Positions 9,583 to 20,689 of a stretch of 64,000 nucleotides of DNA are shown in pieces; the stretch's first letter is position 1, and every line of letters begins with the position of its first letter. The stretch lies in assembly GCA_963717865.1 (NCBI GenBank), contig CAVQXL010000004.1:1570006-1634005 (forward strand). The letters are read 5' to 3'. The notes beneath the pieces are model-generated. The model ran no database searches. It had not been told where the DNA came from and worked only from the letters and a program-made list of their open reading frames with translations. The translations under genes were made by a program, and so were the position numbers. Source of the stretch: Candidatus Aminicenantes bacterium (lineage in GTDB: Bacteria; Acidobacteriota; Aminicenantia; Aminicenantales; Saccharicenantaceae).

Positions 9583-10893
9583 ATGAAGGCCAAAGAGGTC
9601 CTGCTCCTCGTTCTCATCGTGTTCGTCGGGGTCGTCCTTTATCAGGCCCGGACGGGGGGCATCTGGATCGACGGGGATTGGGAGGGGCCTTTCGGCGCGG
9701 GCCGGACGTTCGACTTCGAGGAATCCCTGAGCCTCGAGGGCCCCATCCCTCCCCGGATCGAGGTCCGCAACGCCCACGGGGACATCGAGGTCCGGGGCGC
9801 GGACCAGGAGACGGTGACGGTGACGTTCCTGAAGGAGATCCGGAGGAGGAAGGAGGCCGAGGCCCGGGACGTCGCCAACGCTCTGAAGCCGGTCATCACG
9901 AGGGACGCCGGCCTGCTGAAGATCGCGACGAACCGGGACACGTTCACCAAGAGAGGCTTCAATACGAGCTTCCGGCTCGTCGTGCCGGCGGGGACGGACG
10001 TCCGCGTCGTCAACTCCTACGGTACGGTCACGGCGTCCGGCGTCCTGAAGTGCACGATCGACAATCCCCACGGTCAGGTGGACGCGGCGGACGTCGCCGG
10101 GGATATTTCCATCACGAACAGCTATGAGGACGTCGCGGTCGGCCGGGTCGGAGCATCCTGCCGGGTCTCCTCCCGGCACGCCGACGTCCGCGTCCGCGAG
10201 GCGCGGGGCGACGTCCGGATCGATCACAGTTACGGCGAGGTCGAGGTGAGCGACGCCGCGGCTTCCGCGACGATCGCCGCCGAACATAGCCAGGTCTCCC
10301 TGCTGAGGGTGAAGGGCGCCGCGGACGTCCGGACCACCTACGAGGGGGTCTCGCTCGTCGACGTCGGCCCGGCGACCGTCGTCGGGCACCATACGGGCGT
10401 GACGGCCGACGGGGTCGGCGGCGCCCTGAAGATCGCGACGACCTACGGAACCGTCCGCGCCAACGGCGTCCGGGGAGACCTGGAAATCGAGGGCAGGAGC
10501 GTGAGGGTCTTCGGCCGCTCCATCGCGGCCGGGACGATCCGGATCGCGACCTCTTACGAGGACCTCGAGCTCGCCGACTTCACCGGCCGGGCGGACATCA
10601 CTATGTCCCATGCGGACATCGTCCTGGCCCCGGCCGCGATCACGGCGTCCATCGACGTGAAGAATACCTACGGGAAGGTCCGTTTTGTCTGGCCGCGGGG
10701 GATCAGGCTCCCGTTCGAAGCCCGGTCCAAGGGCGGCGAGGTCAAATGGGGCCTCGCCGAGCGCCCCGACCTCGAAACGACGAACGGCGAAGCGCTCGTC
10801 AAGGCGTTCGTCGGCGCCGTCGAAGGGATCTCGGTCACGCTTTCGACGAGCTACGGCGACATCGTCGTGGAAGACGGCGCGCCCAAGTCGTAG
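9583..10893 (+). CDS. DUF4097 (toast-rack/adhesin) beta-strand repeat protein
   Basis: N-terminal TM helix; repeated NAHGDI/NSYGTV/SYGEV/TTYGTV/TSYGDI units. Confidence 0.8.
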   Translation: MKAKEVLLLVLIVFVGVVLYQARTGGIWIDGDWEGPFGAGRTFDFEESLSLEGPIPPRIEVRNAHGDIEVRGADQETVTVTFLKEIRRRKEAEARDVANALKPVITRDAGLLKIATNRDTFTKRGFNTSFRLVVPAGTDVRVVNSYGTVTASGVLKCTIDNPHGQVDAADVAGDISITNSYEDVAVGRVGASCRVSSRHADVRVREARGDVRIDHSYGEVEVSDAAASATIAAEHSQVSLLRVKGAADVRTTYEGVSLVDVGPATVVGHHTGVTADGVGGALKIATTYGTVRANGVRGDLEIEGRSVRVFGRSIAAGTIRIATSYEDLELADFTGRADITMSHADIVLAPAAITASIDVKNTYGKVRFVWPRGIRLPFEARSKGGEVKWGLAERPDLETTNGEALVKAFVGAVEGISVTLSTSYGDIVVEDGAPKS

Positions 10894-11043
10894 CCTCAGG
10901 CCCTGACCAGAACTCTCGGGACGAGGGCAAGGGCCCTCGGTCCCTTTCAAGCCGCAAGCTGAAGTTCGCGGCGACATCTCGCTGGCGCAAGGTCGCGCTC
11001 TCGCGCTATATTAGGGGCAGTCGAAATCAGGAGGTACCCTGCC

Positions 11044-12057
11044 ATGAAACGAACGCCGGGAACCATCGTTGTCCTCGCCCTCGGCCTCGCCGTCGGCCTC
11101 CGGGCGCAAACCATCCCTCGACTCTCCGGCATGAATGCCGGGGCTTGTATGGGACCGGCCCTGAGCCTCGCTTCTCGTCCCCGCTTTGAAGGGCGGGGTA
11201 TAGCGTCGTCGAACGGGCCGGAAGAGCCACCCGATATCTCCATCATTCCTGTGGCTGGGCCCGTCTATATGCTCGAGTCCGGAGGCAACGGAAATGTCGG
11301 GATCGTGACCGACCCTGCCGGGGTCTTCATGATCGATGCCATGGAAGCGGAAATGGCCGGAAAGCTCCGCGCCGCCCTCGAGATCCTGCCCGGCGGCGGC
11401 CCGGTGCGGGTGCTCATCAATACCCATTGGCACTGGGACCACGTTAACGGCAACAGGGCCTTCGGCCCCGCCGCCGTCATCGTCGCCCAAGAGAACACCC
11501 GGGCCCTGAACGCCGCCGATCAGGCCATGTTCGGCGGGACCATCCCGGCCCTCCCCGCCGGCGCCCTGCCCGTGATCACCTATGCCGACAGGATGACCGC
11601 CTATGCCGGCGGCCTGGCCCTCCGGCTTGTGCATTACCCCCATGCCCACACCGACGGCGATACCGTCATCTTCATCGACGCCCTGAAGATCGTCCATATG
11701 GGCGACATGTTCTTCAACGGCATGTTCCCCTTCCTGGACGTCCAAAGCGGGGGCAACATCGACAACTGGGTGCGTCAGCTCGACGTCATCCTCGCCTCCC
11801 TTCCCAAAGACGCCAAGGTCATTCCCGGCCATGGCCCGCTCGGCGGCAAGAGCGAGCTCAAGGGTTTCCGGGACATGCTCTTCGATTCGGCGGAGCTCGT
11901 CCGGGAGCAGATGGACAAGGGGAAAACGCTGAAGGAGATCCAGGCGGCCGGGATGCCGGACCGCTTCACCCCCTGGACCAAGGGGTTCATGCCCGTTCCC
12001 GGATGGCTTGAGCTCGTCTACCGGAGCCTCGAGAAGAACAAACGCACCGGGTCCTGA
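11044..12057 (+). CDS. Secreted MBL-fold metallo-hydrolase
   Basis: Signal peptide; THWHWDHVNGN, AHTDGD, HMGD, IPGHG. Confidence 0.85.
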   Translation: MKRTPGTIVVLALGLAVGLRAQTIPRLSGMNAGACMGPALSLASRPRFEGRGIASSNGPEEPPDISIIPVAGPVYMLESGGNGNVGIVTDPAGVFMIDAMEAEMAGKLRAALEILPGGGPVRVLINTHWHWDHVNGNRAFGPAAVIVAQENTRALNAADQAMFGGTIPALPAGALPVITYADRMTAYAGGLALRLVHYPHAHTDGDTVIFIDALKIVHMGDMFFNGMFPFLDVQSGGNIDNWVRQLDVILASLPKDAKVIPGHGPLGGKSELKGFRDMLFDSAELVREQMDKGKTLKEIQAAGMPDRFTPWTKGFMPVPGWLELVYRSLEKNKRTGS

Positions 12058-12105
12058 GACATCGAGCGCGGTGAAGGGGCCCGGCGTCCCCGCGCCGGCG
12101 GGCCG

Positions 12106-13010
12106 CTAGGAGTGCTTGCTCCGGAAATTGTAGATGCGCTGGGCGAGGGCGCCGTTGATCTTGATGTTGAAATAGGAGATCAGGTTGGTCAGGTCCTTCT
12201 TGTATTTGGTCACGTAGCGGACGAAATCGGATCTCCTTCTTGGACCGCAGCAGGTTCTCGAACTCGGCCACCTCGTCGTGGAGCTCGATGAGGAAATGGT
12301 TGATCGCCCGGTACTGGGCGTTGATCTCGATGAGGTCCTTGCCCGAGAGCTTGGCGAAGTCGAGATGCGGCGGCAGGGGCTGGAGGATGCAGCAGGCTCT
12401 CCGTGTGGAGTTCGTTGACCGACTCCCGGATCTCCTGGAAGAAGGACTTGTAGCTCCTGCGGGGTTTTCATCCGGTCTTGGACCCGCTCGAGGAGCCGTT
12501 CGCACTGGCTCTTGAGGGAGATGATGTGTCTCCTTGACGCCCAGGTATTTCCGTGTTGAAGTTGAAGAGGTCGACGAAATCCCTGCCGATATAGATCTTG
12601 TCCTCGTAGTGGGTCAGGAGCTCCTTGGGCGAATGGGTGTAGAACTTGATCTCGTACCGCCGCCCCTCGGAGTCCCTCTCCCGAAGCCGGGCCAGGACAA
12701 GGAAGCCGTTCTGCTCGATGAAATAGCTGCTGGTGTCGAGGAGCACGGAATAGATGGCCAGGTTCTGGATGATGTATTCCTTGAGGTGGTCGAGGAGCGC
12801 TTCCTTCCGGGTGATGAGCTCGGTCACGGCGTCGTTGGGCGTCGGCGTCATGACGGAATAGGACGGGGACAGCAGGTAGAGGACGGGGCCGGTCCCGAGC
12901 TCCAGGTGGAGGTTCTTGAGGGTGTTCTGGTAGAGGTCGTCGAGGAGCATCGGCTTCAGGGGCGGAAGGTCCTCGACGTCCAGCTTGAGGAGTTCGTCGA
13001 TCTCGTTCAT
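12106..13010 (-). CDS. Hypothetical cytoplasmic protein, ~300 aa, several frameshifts
   Basis: Continuous protein-like frame segments with host codon usage, from MNEIDELLKLD to RIYNFRSKHS; no recognisable motif. Confidence 0.65.
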
Positions 13011-13062
13011 GGGATTCCCTCGGTTCGGAGGGGATGGTAACACCGGAGATGAAATGTCAAAG

Positions 13063-13900
13063 TCAACCTCGACCGGAATGCCGGAGCACTGTCGAGGACC
13101 GTAGCGCCTTGCGCCCCAGCGTCCAGGCGTCGTTGCCGTACCGCTCGGCTTCGATCCGGGCGATCTCCTCCCACGCGGCCGCCATCCAGGGAAAGAGGCT
13201 CCAGCGCGACCCCGAAGAATTCGGAGAGCCGCCCAGGGCGAACCCGGCCGCCCATTCGAAGGACACGGGCCGGCCCAGGGCCTCGGAAAGCGAGGTCATG
13301 CGGATGCCGCCGTCCGCGGCTTCGGACCGGGCCACGGCCTTGAGGAGCGTCCTCGTCCTTCTCGAGGGGCACGGAGCCGTGCTGGAGGAATGCCGCGCCC
13401 GTCCTCTTCTGGGCGCTGCCGACGATCTTCAGGCCGCCGATCTCGACCTCGTCCCGGGCCGGGAAAGCGAAACACGGCATCGTCCCGCGGATGTAGGCGG
13501 GCGGCGAGGCCGGCGCCAGCCGCGCGTCGAGCCCCATGAGCTCGAGGCCCCGGACGAGGCCGAGCGATATGCGCTTGTAGGATTCCCGGAGCGTGTCCGT
13601 GAACGTCGTCGGTGTCCGACGAAGCCAGGGAATAGGTCAGCTCCCGGTGATGCAGGACGAGCTTTCCCCCGGTCATCCGCCGGACGACATCGATCCCGTT
13701 CGCACGGCAGAAGTCGAGGTCGGCCGCCCGTTCGGCGTTCTGGGAATAGCCCAGGGAGGCCGTGGGCCTCTCCCAGCGATAGAACCGGAGAAAGGTCGCG
13801 GCTTCCTTTCGGGCCGCGGTAAAAAGGTATTCGTCCACGGCCATGTTCCATGAGCCCCGCCGGGGGGCATCTGTCGATGATCAGAACGCCAGGTTTTCAT
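13063..13900 (-). CDS. Lipoate-protein ligase / octanoyltransferase (LipM/LplA family), frameshifted
   Basis: NMAVDE, LRFYRW..PTASLGY.Q, RRMTGGKLVLH, KIVGSAQKR, LQHGS. Confidence 0.82.
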
Positions 13901-13928
13901 AAGATGGGCTTTCGCCGGACGGAGGTGA

Positions 13929-14003
13929 TGGAGCGGGCAATGGGACTCGAACCCACAACACCCGGCTTGGGAAGCCGGTACTCTACCATTGAGCTATGCC
14001 CGC
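13929..14003 (-). tRNA. tRNA-Gly(CCC)
   Basis: GCGGGCATAGCTCAATGGTAGAG...CTTCCCAAG...GGTTCGAGTCCCATTGCCCGCTCCA. Confidence 0.95.
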
Positions 14004-14106
14004 TCACGGGCGCCGTTCAAGCAGGAGAATTCTAGCATAATCCCGACCCAAGTCAAAACGGGCCGGAAGGGACCTCGGCCCCTTCCTCCCCCCGGGCTCC
14101 AGCCTC

Positions 14107-15576
14107 TTAATTAGCCGCCTGTCCCATCTTCGGATAATAATTGCTGTGCCACTTCATGCGCGTCGGAAGCCCGTCGGCCCCAAGCTCGAAGACGACCTCC
14201 TCGCCGAGCTCCCCGTCCTTCCGGACGCGGCGGAAGGTGTGGTCGCCCGTCTTCCGGAGCTTCGTGATCTCCCGGACAGGGTCCATCGTCGGCAGCCACA
14301 GGGAACCGAGTCCATCCTCCCAGGGAAAGACGGCGATCTCGCCTCCGAAGGACGAGCCGTAGGAGGCGGCATAGATCTTCAGCCCGGGATCGGGCGCCTT
14401 CGCGCCCTTCGGGTCCTTGACCGCCGCGGCGATCGCCGGGGCGACGATGTCGTAGATCCGCCGGGCGAAGAGCTCCGAGTCGACGCCCAGGGCGTTCGAC
14501 ATGAAGACCGTCCCGACGGCCTCGTCGGGCTTCAGCAGGATGCCCGTCCGGTAGCCGGGGCAGGAGCCGCCGTGGCCGACGAAGGTCTTGCCGTCGCTCC
14601 TCATGACGGAGAAGCCGAGGCCCCAGGTGGTCTCGAAATCGGGGTCCACCCAGTGGACCCGGTACATCTCCCGGAGGGTGTTGGCCTTGAGGACCTCCGT
14701 GATACCGCCGCGGAGCAGGCGGAACTGCCACTGGGCGAACCGGGCGAGATCCTCGACAGTGGAGGCGAACCCGGCCGCGGGCGCAACTCCTCGGGCCTGG
14801 AAGAAGGGCATCGCCGCCCGGCCTCCGTCCCGTTTCGGGGCCCCGTAGCCGGCGGCCAGCCGGCCGCCGCGCTCCGCGGCGGGGATCTCCGGCGTCGTGC
14901 TCGCCAGGCCCAGGGGCTCGAGGATGTTGAGACGGACATAGTCGGCATAGGGCATGCCCGAAGCGGCCGCGACGACCTCCCCGGCCAGCGTCAATCCGAG
15001 GTTCGAATACTGGAAATAGGTCTCCGCCGGGTAAAGCGTCCTTTGCTTCGAGATGCGCTCGACGATCTGCTCATGCGTGGGAAAGGGGAAATCCGGTCCG
15101 GTCCAGTAGGGATAGTCGGACTCCCTGGGGAGCCCCGAGGCATGGGTCAGCAGTCCCTCGATCGTGATCTCGGGGCCGTCGGGCGCCGACCGCTCGATCG
15201 TGAACCAGGGAAGGTGCTTGGCCACGGGGTCGTCCAGCCGCAGCTTCCCCGCGTCGCGCAGCTGCATCACGGCGATGCTCGTGAACAGCTTCGAGATGGA
15301 GCAGATGCTGTAGATCGTCCCCGGGGTCGCCGGCGCGGTGCGGGCGAGGTCCGCGGACCCGAATCCCCCGCTCCAGATGAGCTCCTGGTCGTGAACGACC
15401 GCGGCCGATATGCCCGGGATCCGGTCATAAGCCCTTTGGGCGTCGAGCCAGACCCTCGCCACCTCCAAAGCGGAAGCCACGCGGGGATCGTCGGCCAGGC
15501 ATTGCGGCCGCGCCGCGCCCGCGAGGATAAGGACGGAGACCAACAGGAGAGGAATGATGCGTGCCGGTTTCATCAC
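14107..15576 (-). CDS. Secreted serine hydrolase, beta-lactamase/PBP-like (AmpC family)
   Basis: Signal peptide; SISK (SxxK), LLTHASGL, YSN, HGG. Confidence 0.85.
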   Translation of the reverse strand: MMKPARIIPLLLVSVLILAGAARPQCLADDPRVASALEVARVWLDAQRAYDRIPGISAAVVHDQELIWSGGFGSADLARTAPATPGTIYSICSISKLFTSIAVMQLRDAGKLRLDDPVAKHLPWFTIERSAPDGPEITIEGLLTHASGLPRESDYPYWTGPDFPFPTHEQIVERISKQRTLYPAETYFQYSNLGLTLAGEVVAAASGMPYADYVRLNILEPLGLASTTPEIPAAERGGRLAAGYGAPKRDGGRAAMPFFQARGVAPAAGFASTVEDLARFAQWQFRLLRGGITEVLKANTLREMYRVHWVDPDFETTWGLGFSVMRSDGKTFVGHGGSCPGYRTGILLKPDEAVGTVFMSNALGVDSELFARRIYDIVAPAIAAAVKDPKGAKAPDPGLKIYAASYGSSFGGEIAVFPWEDGLGSLWLPTMDPVREITKLRKTGDHTFRRVRKDGELGEEVVFELGADGLPTRMKWHSNYYPKMGQAAN

Positions 15577-15646
15577 GTTTCACCTCATTGACAGCCGCGC
15601 CCCGCGGCACATATAATCGAAAAATTCCATGGGAAAGGCGGACATC

Positions 15647-16012
15647 ATGGCCCAAGAAGACACCCAGGTCAAGCCAGCGGCGGCCGGAGCCTCGCAGCAT
15701 CGGGAAAGGGCTGTCCTTCAAGGGGGACATCGCCGGCGGCGAAGACCTCGTCGTCGACGGCCGGGTGACCGGGACGATCGACCTGGGCCCTCACGACCTG
15801 ACCGTGCGCCCGGAGGGGCCGGGTCGAGGCCGACGTCCGCGCCCGGAACGTCACCGTTCACGGCGAGCTCGATCGGGAACGTAGTCGCCGCCGAGCGGGT
15901 CTTCATCACCGAGACCGGCCGGATGAAGGGCGATGTCGTCGCCGCCACCGTGTCTCGATCCTGGCCGGGGCCCAGTTCAAGGGCGCCATCAGGATGGAGC
16001 GGCGTCTCCTAG
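15647..16012 (+). CDS. Bactofilin (polymer-forming cytoskeletal protein), frameshifted
   Basis: SIGKGLSFKGDI.GGEDLVVDGRVTGTI, GNVVAAERVFITETGRMKGDV, GAQFKGAIRM. Confidence 0.75.
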   Translation: MAQEDTQVKPAAAGASQHRERAVLQGGHRRRRRPRRRRPGDRDDRPGPSRPDRAPGGAGSRPTSAPGTSPFTASSIGNVVAAERVFITETGRMKGDVVAATVSRSWPGPSSRAPSGWSGVS

Positions 16013-16733
16013 TCGATATCGATCGTGCCCTTGTCGCTCTCCCTCCGCTTCCGGTCCATCTCGTCCCATTTCTTCATGCAGTCGGCGTCCGTGCCGCGGA
16101 CCAGGGAGCATTCGAGGTACTCGGAGATGTAAATGACGCAGGCCCGGATGGCTTTCCCGGTCGGCGTCTTCTGATAATCGGCGCCGTGGATGCTGAAGTT
16201 CCTCAGGTTCAGGCCGGCGGCCAGCCCCTGCCCTTTGGCCTCGGCTTCGATCGTCCGGGTGTCGACGATCTCGCCTGTTTCGGAGTCGACGACCTTGAGA
16301 TCGACGGCGATATAAGCCTTGTCCCTCTTGCCGCCGACGCTGAGGCCCTTGAAGCTGACTCCGCCGCCCGTGCCCTTGACGTCCTCCTCGAAGGACGGAG
16401 ACGGTGGCCGCGACGAGGTACTTGGCCCCCTTGAGCTTGCCCATCTTGACCTTCGTCGACGCGTCGACCCTGTCGGTGTCGCTCAGGTCCTGCTCCCCGA
16501 GAACGGCTTCGATGTCCTTCCGGTCGAGGACCTGGAAGGACCGGGTGGAAACGAGCTCGGAAGCGAGCATGTCGGACAGTTCCGATGCCGACCGAGGCGC
16601 TCCACCAGCCGGCGCTGGTGTGGTTGGTGAACCTCAGGACGCCGACCCGCGGCTTTTCGGCCGCCGGCGCCCCGGCGAGGAACGCGGCGACGACGAGGAT
16701 CGCGATTACCGTCAATAGGACGATCTTCTTCAC
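16009..16733 (-). CDS. CsgG/HfaB-family exported protein, frameshifted
   Basis: KPRVGVLRF.N, DMLASELV....FQVLDR.DI..VL.EQ.L, GAKYLV, VDLKVVD.ETGEI. Confidence 0.72.
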
Positions 16734-16816
16734 GGGCCCTCCTTCTATGCCCGCGCATCCGGGAGCGGACATCCTGAAAACTATATAGCATGGCAAATTT
16801 TGTTATAATGCCATCG

Positions 16817-18824
16817 ATGCGCGACTTCGAGCTCCATTCCGATTTCGAGCCCCAAGGGCGACCAGGTCCGGGCCATCGAGCGCCTCGTCCGAAGGGCTGG
16901 ACGCCGGGGAGAGGCACCAGGTCCTGATGGGGGTCACCGGCTCGGGCAAGACCTTCACGATGGCCAACGTCATCGCCCGGGCCCGGCGGCCCGGTCCTGG
17001 TCATCTCCCACAACAAGACGCTGGCCGCCCAGCTCTACCAGGAATTCCGGCGCTTCTTCCCGACGGAACGCCGTCGAATACTTCGTCAGCTATTACGACT
17101 ACTATCAGCCCGAAGCCTACATCGCCTCCTCGAACACCTATATCGCCAAGGAGGCGACCATCAACGACGAGATCGACCGGCTCCGCCTCCGCGCGACGAA
17201 CTCCCTCTTCGAGCGCCGGGACGTGATCGTCGTCGCCTCGGTCTCCTGCATCTACGGCATCGGCGCCCCGGACACGTACTACTCGATGAGCTTCGGCCTG
17301 GAGATCGGCCAGGCCCTGAGCCGGAAGAAGATGCTGGACAGCTTCGTCGGAGATCCAGTACGAGCGGCAGGAGGCCGATTTCAAGCGGGGTTCGTTCCGC
17401 GTCCGCGGCGACATCGTCGAGATCTTCCCCTCCTACGAGGACTTCGCCTATCGGATCGAGCTCGAGGACGGGCGGATCAAGGGCCTTGTCCGCCGTCGAT
17501 CCCCTCCTCGGAAAGACCCTGGAGACCTTCGACCAGATCATGATCCATCCGCGGACGTTCTTCTCGACGCCCCGGCGAGGTCCTCAAGGCCGCGGCCGAC
17601 GGCATCGAGAAGGAACTCGTCGAGACGGGTGGCCGCGTTCCGGGCCGAGGGCAAGTTCATCGAGGCCGAGAGGATCGAGGAACGGACGCTCTACGACCTG
17701 GACATGCTCAGGGAGTTCGGCTATTGCCCGGGCATCGAGAATTACTCCCTCTACCTAGCCGACCGGAAGCCCGGCGAGCCGCCGTTCACGCTCCTCGACT
17801 ATTTCCCGAAGGACTTCCTGACCATCATCGACGAATCCCACGTCACCGTCCCCCAGATCGGCGGGATGTACCACGGCGACCGGTCCCGGAAAACGACCCT
17901 CATCGACCACGGCTTCCGCCTGCCCTCGGCGCTCGACAACCGGCCGCTGAACTTCGAGGAGTTCGAGGCCAGAGGTCGGACCAGGTCATCTACGTCTCGG
18001 CGACCCCGGCGGCCTACGAGATCCGGAGGTCCGGAAACCGGGTCGTCGAGCAGGTCATCCGGCCCACAGGCCTGACCGATCCCGAGATCGAGGTCCGGCC
18101 GGTCCAGGGCCAGGTCGACGACCTCATGGCCGAGATCGCGGCCCGGGCGAAGCAAAACGAGCGGACGCTCGTCACCACCCTGACCAAGAAGATGGCCGAA
18201 GACCTGACCCGCCACTACCACGAGCTCGGCCTCCGGGTCCGCTACCTCCACTCGGAGATCGAGACCCTCGACCGGGTCAGGATCCTGAGGGACCTCCGGA
18301 AGGGACTGTTCGACGCCCTCGTCGGCATCAACCTGCTCCGGGAGGGCCTCGACCTGCCCGAGGTCTCGCTCGTGGCCATCCTGGACGCCGACAAGGAGGG
18401 ATTCCTGCGGTCGGCGAGCGCGCTCATCCAGACGTTCGGCCGGGCGGCCCGCCACGTCTCCGGGCGGGCCATCCTCTACGCCGACACGATGACGGATTCG
18501 ATGAAAGCGGCCATCGAGCGAAACGAGCCGCCGCCGGACGATCCAGAAGGAATACAACCTCCGCCACGGGATCACGCCGCAGTCGGTCGTCAAGGGCATC
18601 GACGAGGCCCTGAGCAGCGTTTACGAGCGGGATTACGTCGACCTGACGCAGCATCCCGGAGGACAAGGAGATCGCTCTTTCGCCGGAGAAGCGGAAGAAG
18701 CGGATGGACGAGCTCGAAAAACTGATGGCGCCAGGCGTCGCAGGACCTCGAATTCGAGAAGGCGGCCGCCTACCGGGACGAGCTCAGCCGCCTGAAGAAG
18801 CGGGAGCTCGAGCTCGCCCTCTGA
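16817..18824 (+). CDS. uvrB: Excinuclease ABC subunit B, multiple frameshifts
   Basis: [65 protein letters not shown]. Confidence 0.93.
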
Positions 18825-18849
18825 CGGGAGGCGGCAACGGGAGAGCGAC

Positions 18850-20625
18850 ATGGCGGGATCGCTGAAAGACCAAGGTCGCCGCGTTCCCGGCCAAGGCCGG
18901 CATCTATTTCTTCAAGGACGCCGCCGGCGAGGTCGTCTACATCGGCAAGGCGCGCTCCCTCCGCGACCGGGTCCGCTCCTATTTCCTGCCCGATCCCGGA
19001 CGTCAAGGTCCGGAACATCCTGGGGGAGACCGCCGACATCGACTACATCCTGACCGGCTCCGAGAAAGAAGCCGCGTTCCTCGAGAACAATTACGTCCAG
19101 CAGTACCAGCCGAAGTTCAACCTCCGACTCAAGGACGACAAGAGCTTTCCCTATCTCAAGCTGACCGTCCGCGAGGAGTTCCCCGGGATCTACATGAGCC
19201 GAAAGGTCGAGAACGACGGCTCCCGCTACTTCGGGCCGTTCAGCCCGGCCGGACGCGCCCGTAAGACGATCCATCTCGTCAACAGGCATTTCGGGGTCCG
19301 CGGCTGCGAAGACGCCGGCTTCAGGGGCCGGAAACGGCCCTGCCTGGAACATGACCTGGGGCTCTGCTCGGCGCCCTGCGTCGGGGGCATCTCCGCGGCC
19401 GATTACCGGAAGGACGTGGACAACGCCCGGCTCTTTCTCGAAGGCCGGACCGAGGAGTTGGCCCGGAACCTGAAAGCGCGGATGGCGGAGGCGGCCGCGG
19501 GCCGGAAGTTCGAGGAAGCCGCCCGCCTGAGAGACCTCCTCCGCACGCTCGAGGACCTCCGCGAGAGGCCTCAGGCCATCGACGTCGGCCTCGAGGACCT
19601 GGACGCGGTCGGCTACGCCCGGTCCGGGGACGCGGCCGCCCTCCACGTCTTCTTCATGAGGCGGGGCAAGGTCCGGGATTCACGGGGGACGTTCGCCCGG
19701 GGGACGGAAGGGCGCTCGGACCGGGAGGTCCTGGCCGAGCTCGTCGGGAGATTCTACGCCCGGGCGGAGAAGCCCCCCAAGATCCTCCTGCCCTTCGAGC
19801 CGGCGGGCGCCGGGCGCCTTCAGGAAGAGATTGGCCGGAGGGCCCGGAAAGAAGGCCCGGCTGATCGTCCCCAAGATCGGGAAATACGCCAGACTGACCA
19901 GGATGGCCGGACAGAATGCGACGCTCGCTTTGGGAAACTCGGGGGTTTCGACCCCTCCCCTCCTCCTTCTGGCGGAGGTCCTCGGGCTCACGGAAGCTCC
20001 GTGGCGGATCGAAGGATTCGACATATCCAACACGGGGGGCGACGAATCGGTCGGCTCTCTCGTCGTCTTCGACGGGGGCGTGCCGAACAAGGCGGAATAC
20101 CGGAAGTTCAAGATCCGGACGGTCGAGGGCCCGAACGACGTGGCCAGCCTCCATGAGGTCGTCCGCCGCCGCTACGCGCGCCTCAAGGCCGAGGGGGCCC
20201 GGATGCCGGGTCTCGTCCTGGTCGACGGCGGCAAGCCCCAGCTCTCGGCCGCGCTCGCGGGGCTCGCAGACGCGGGCGTCGCGGGGATCCCCGTGATCTC
20301 GCTGGCCAAACGCGAGGAGATCCTCTTCACGCCGAAGAACAGGAAGGGCATCCGGCTCGACCGGACCTCCGCCGCCCTGAAGCTCGTCGAGCACGTCCGG
20401 GACGAGGCCCATCGTTTTGCCGTCGCCTTCCACCGGAATCGTCGCTCCAAAAAGAGCTTCGCCTCCGTTTTGGACGGAGTCCCAGGCCTCGGCCCGAAGC
20501 GCAAAGCCGCCCTCCTGGCCCGCTACGCTGATATAATGGGCATCGGTAACGCGTCCTTGGATGACCTTGTCGCCCTCGTCGGCCACGCTCCCGCCGCCGC
20601 CCTCAAATCCCGCCTGCAGGCGTAA
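18850..20625 (+). CDS. uvrC: Excinuclease ABC subunit C, frameshifted
   Basis: [48 protein letters not shown], HhH GLGPKR. Confidence 0.93.
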
Positions 20626-20689
20626 CCCTGAAGCTGCGCCTTCAGGGAGGATATCCCCGAGTCTTATGAAAGCGAATCGGCCTATCCCG

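Noticed and set aside
11044-15576. MBL-fold and AmpC-like genes as antibiotic-resistance determinants
   Set aside because: Both belong to broad hydrolase superfamilies; the motifs do not specify beta-lactamase activity and there is no mobile context.
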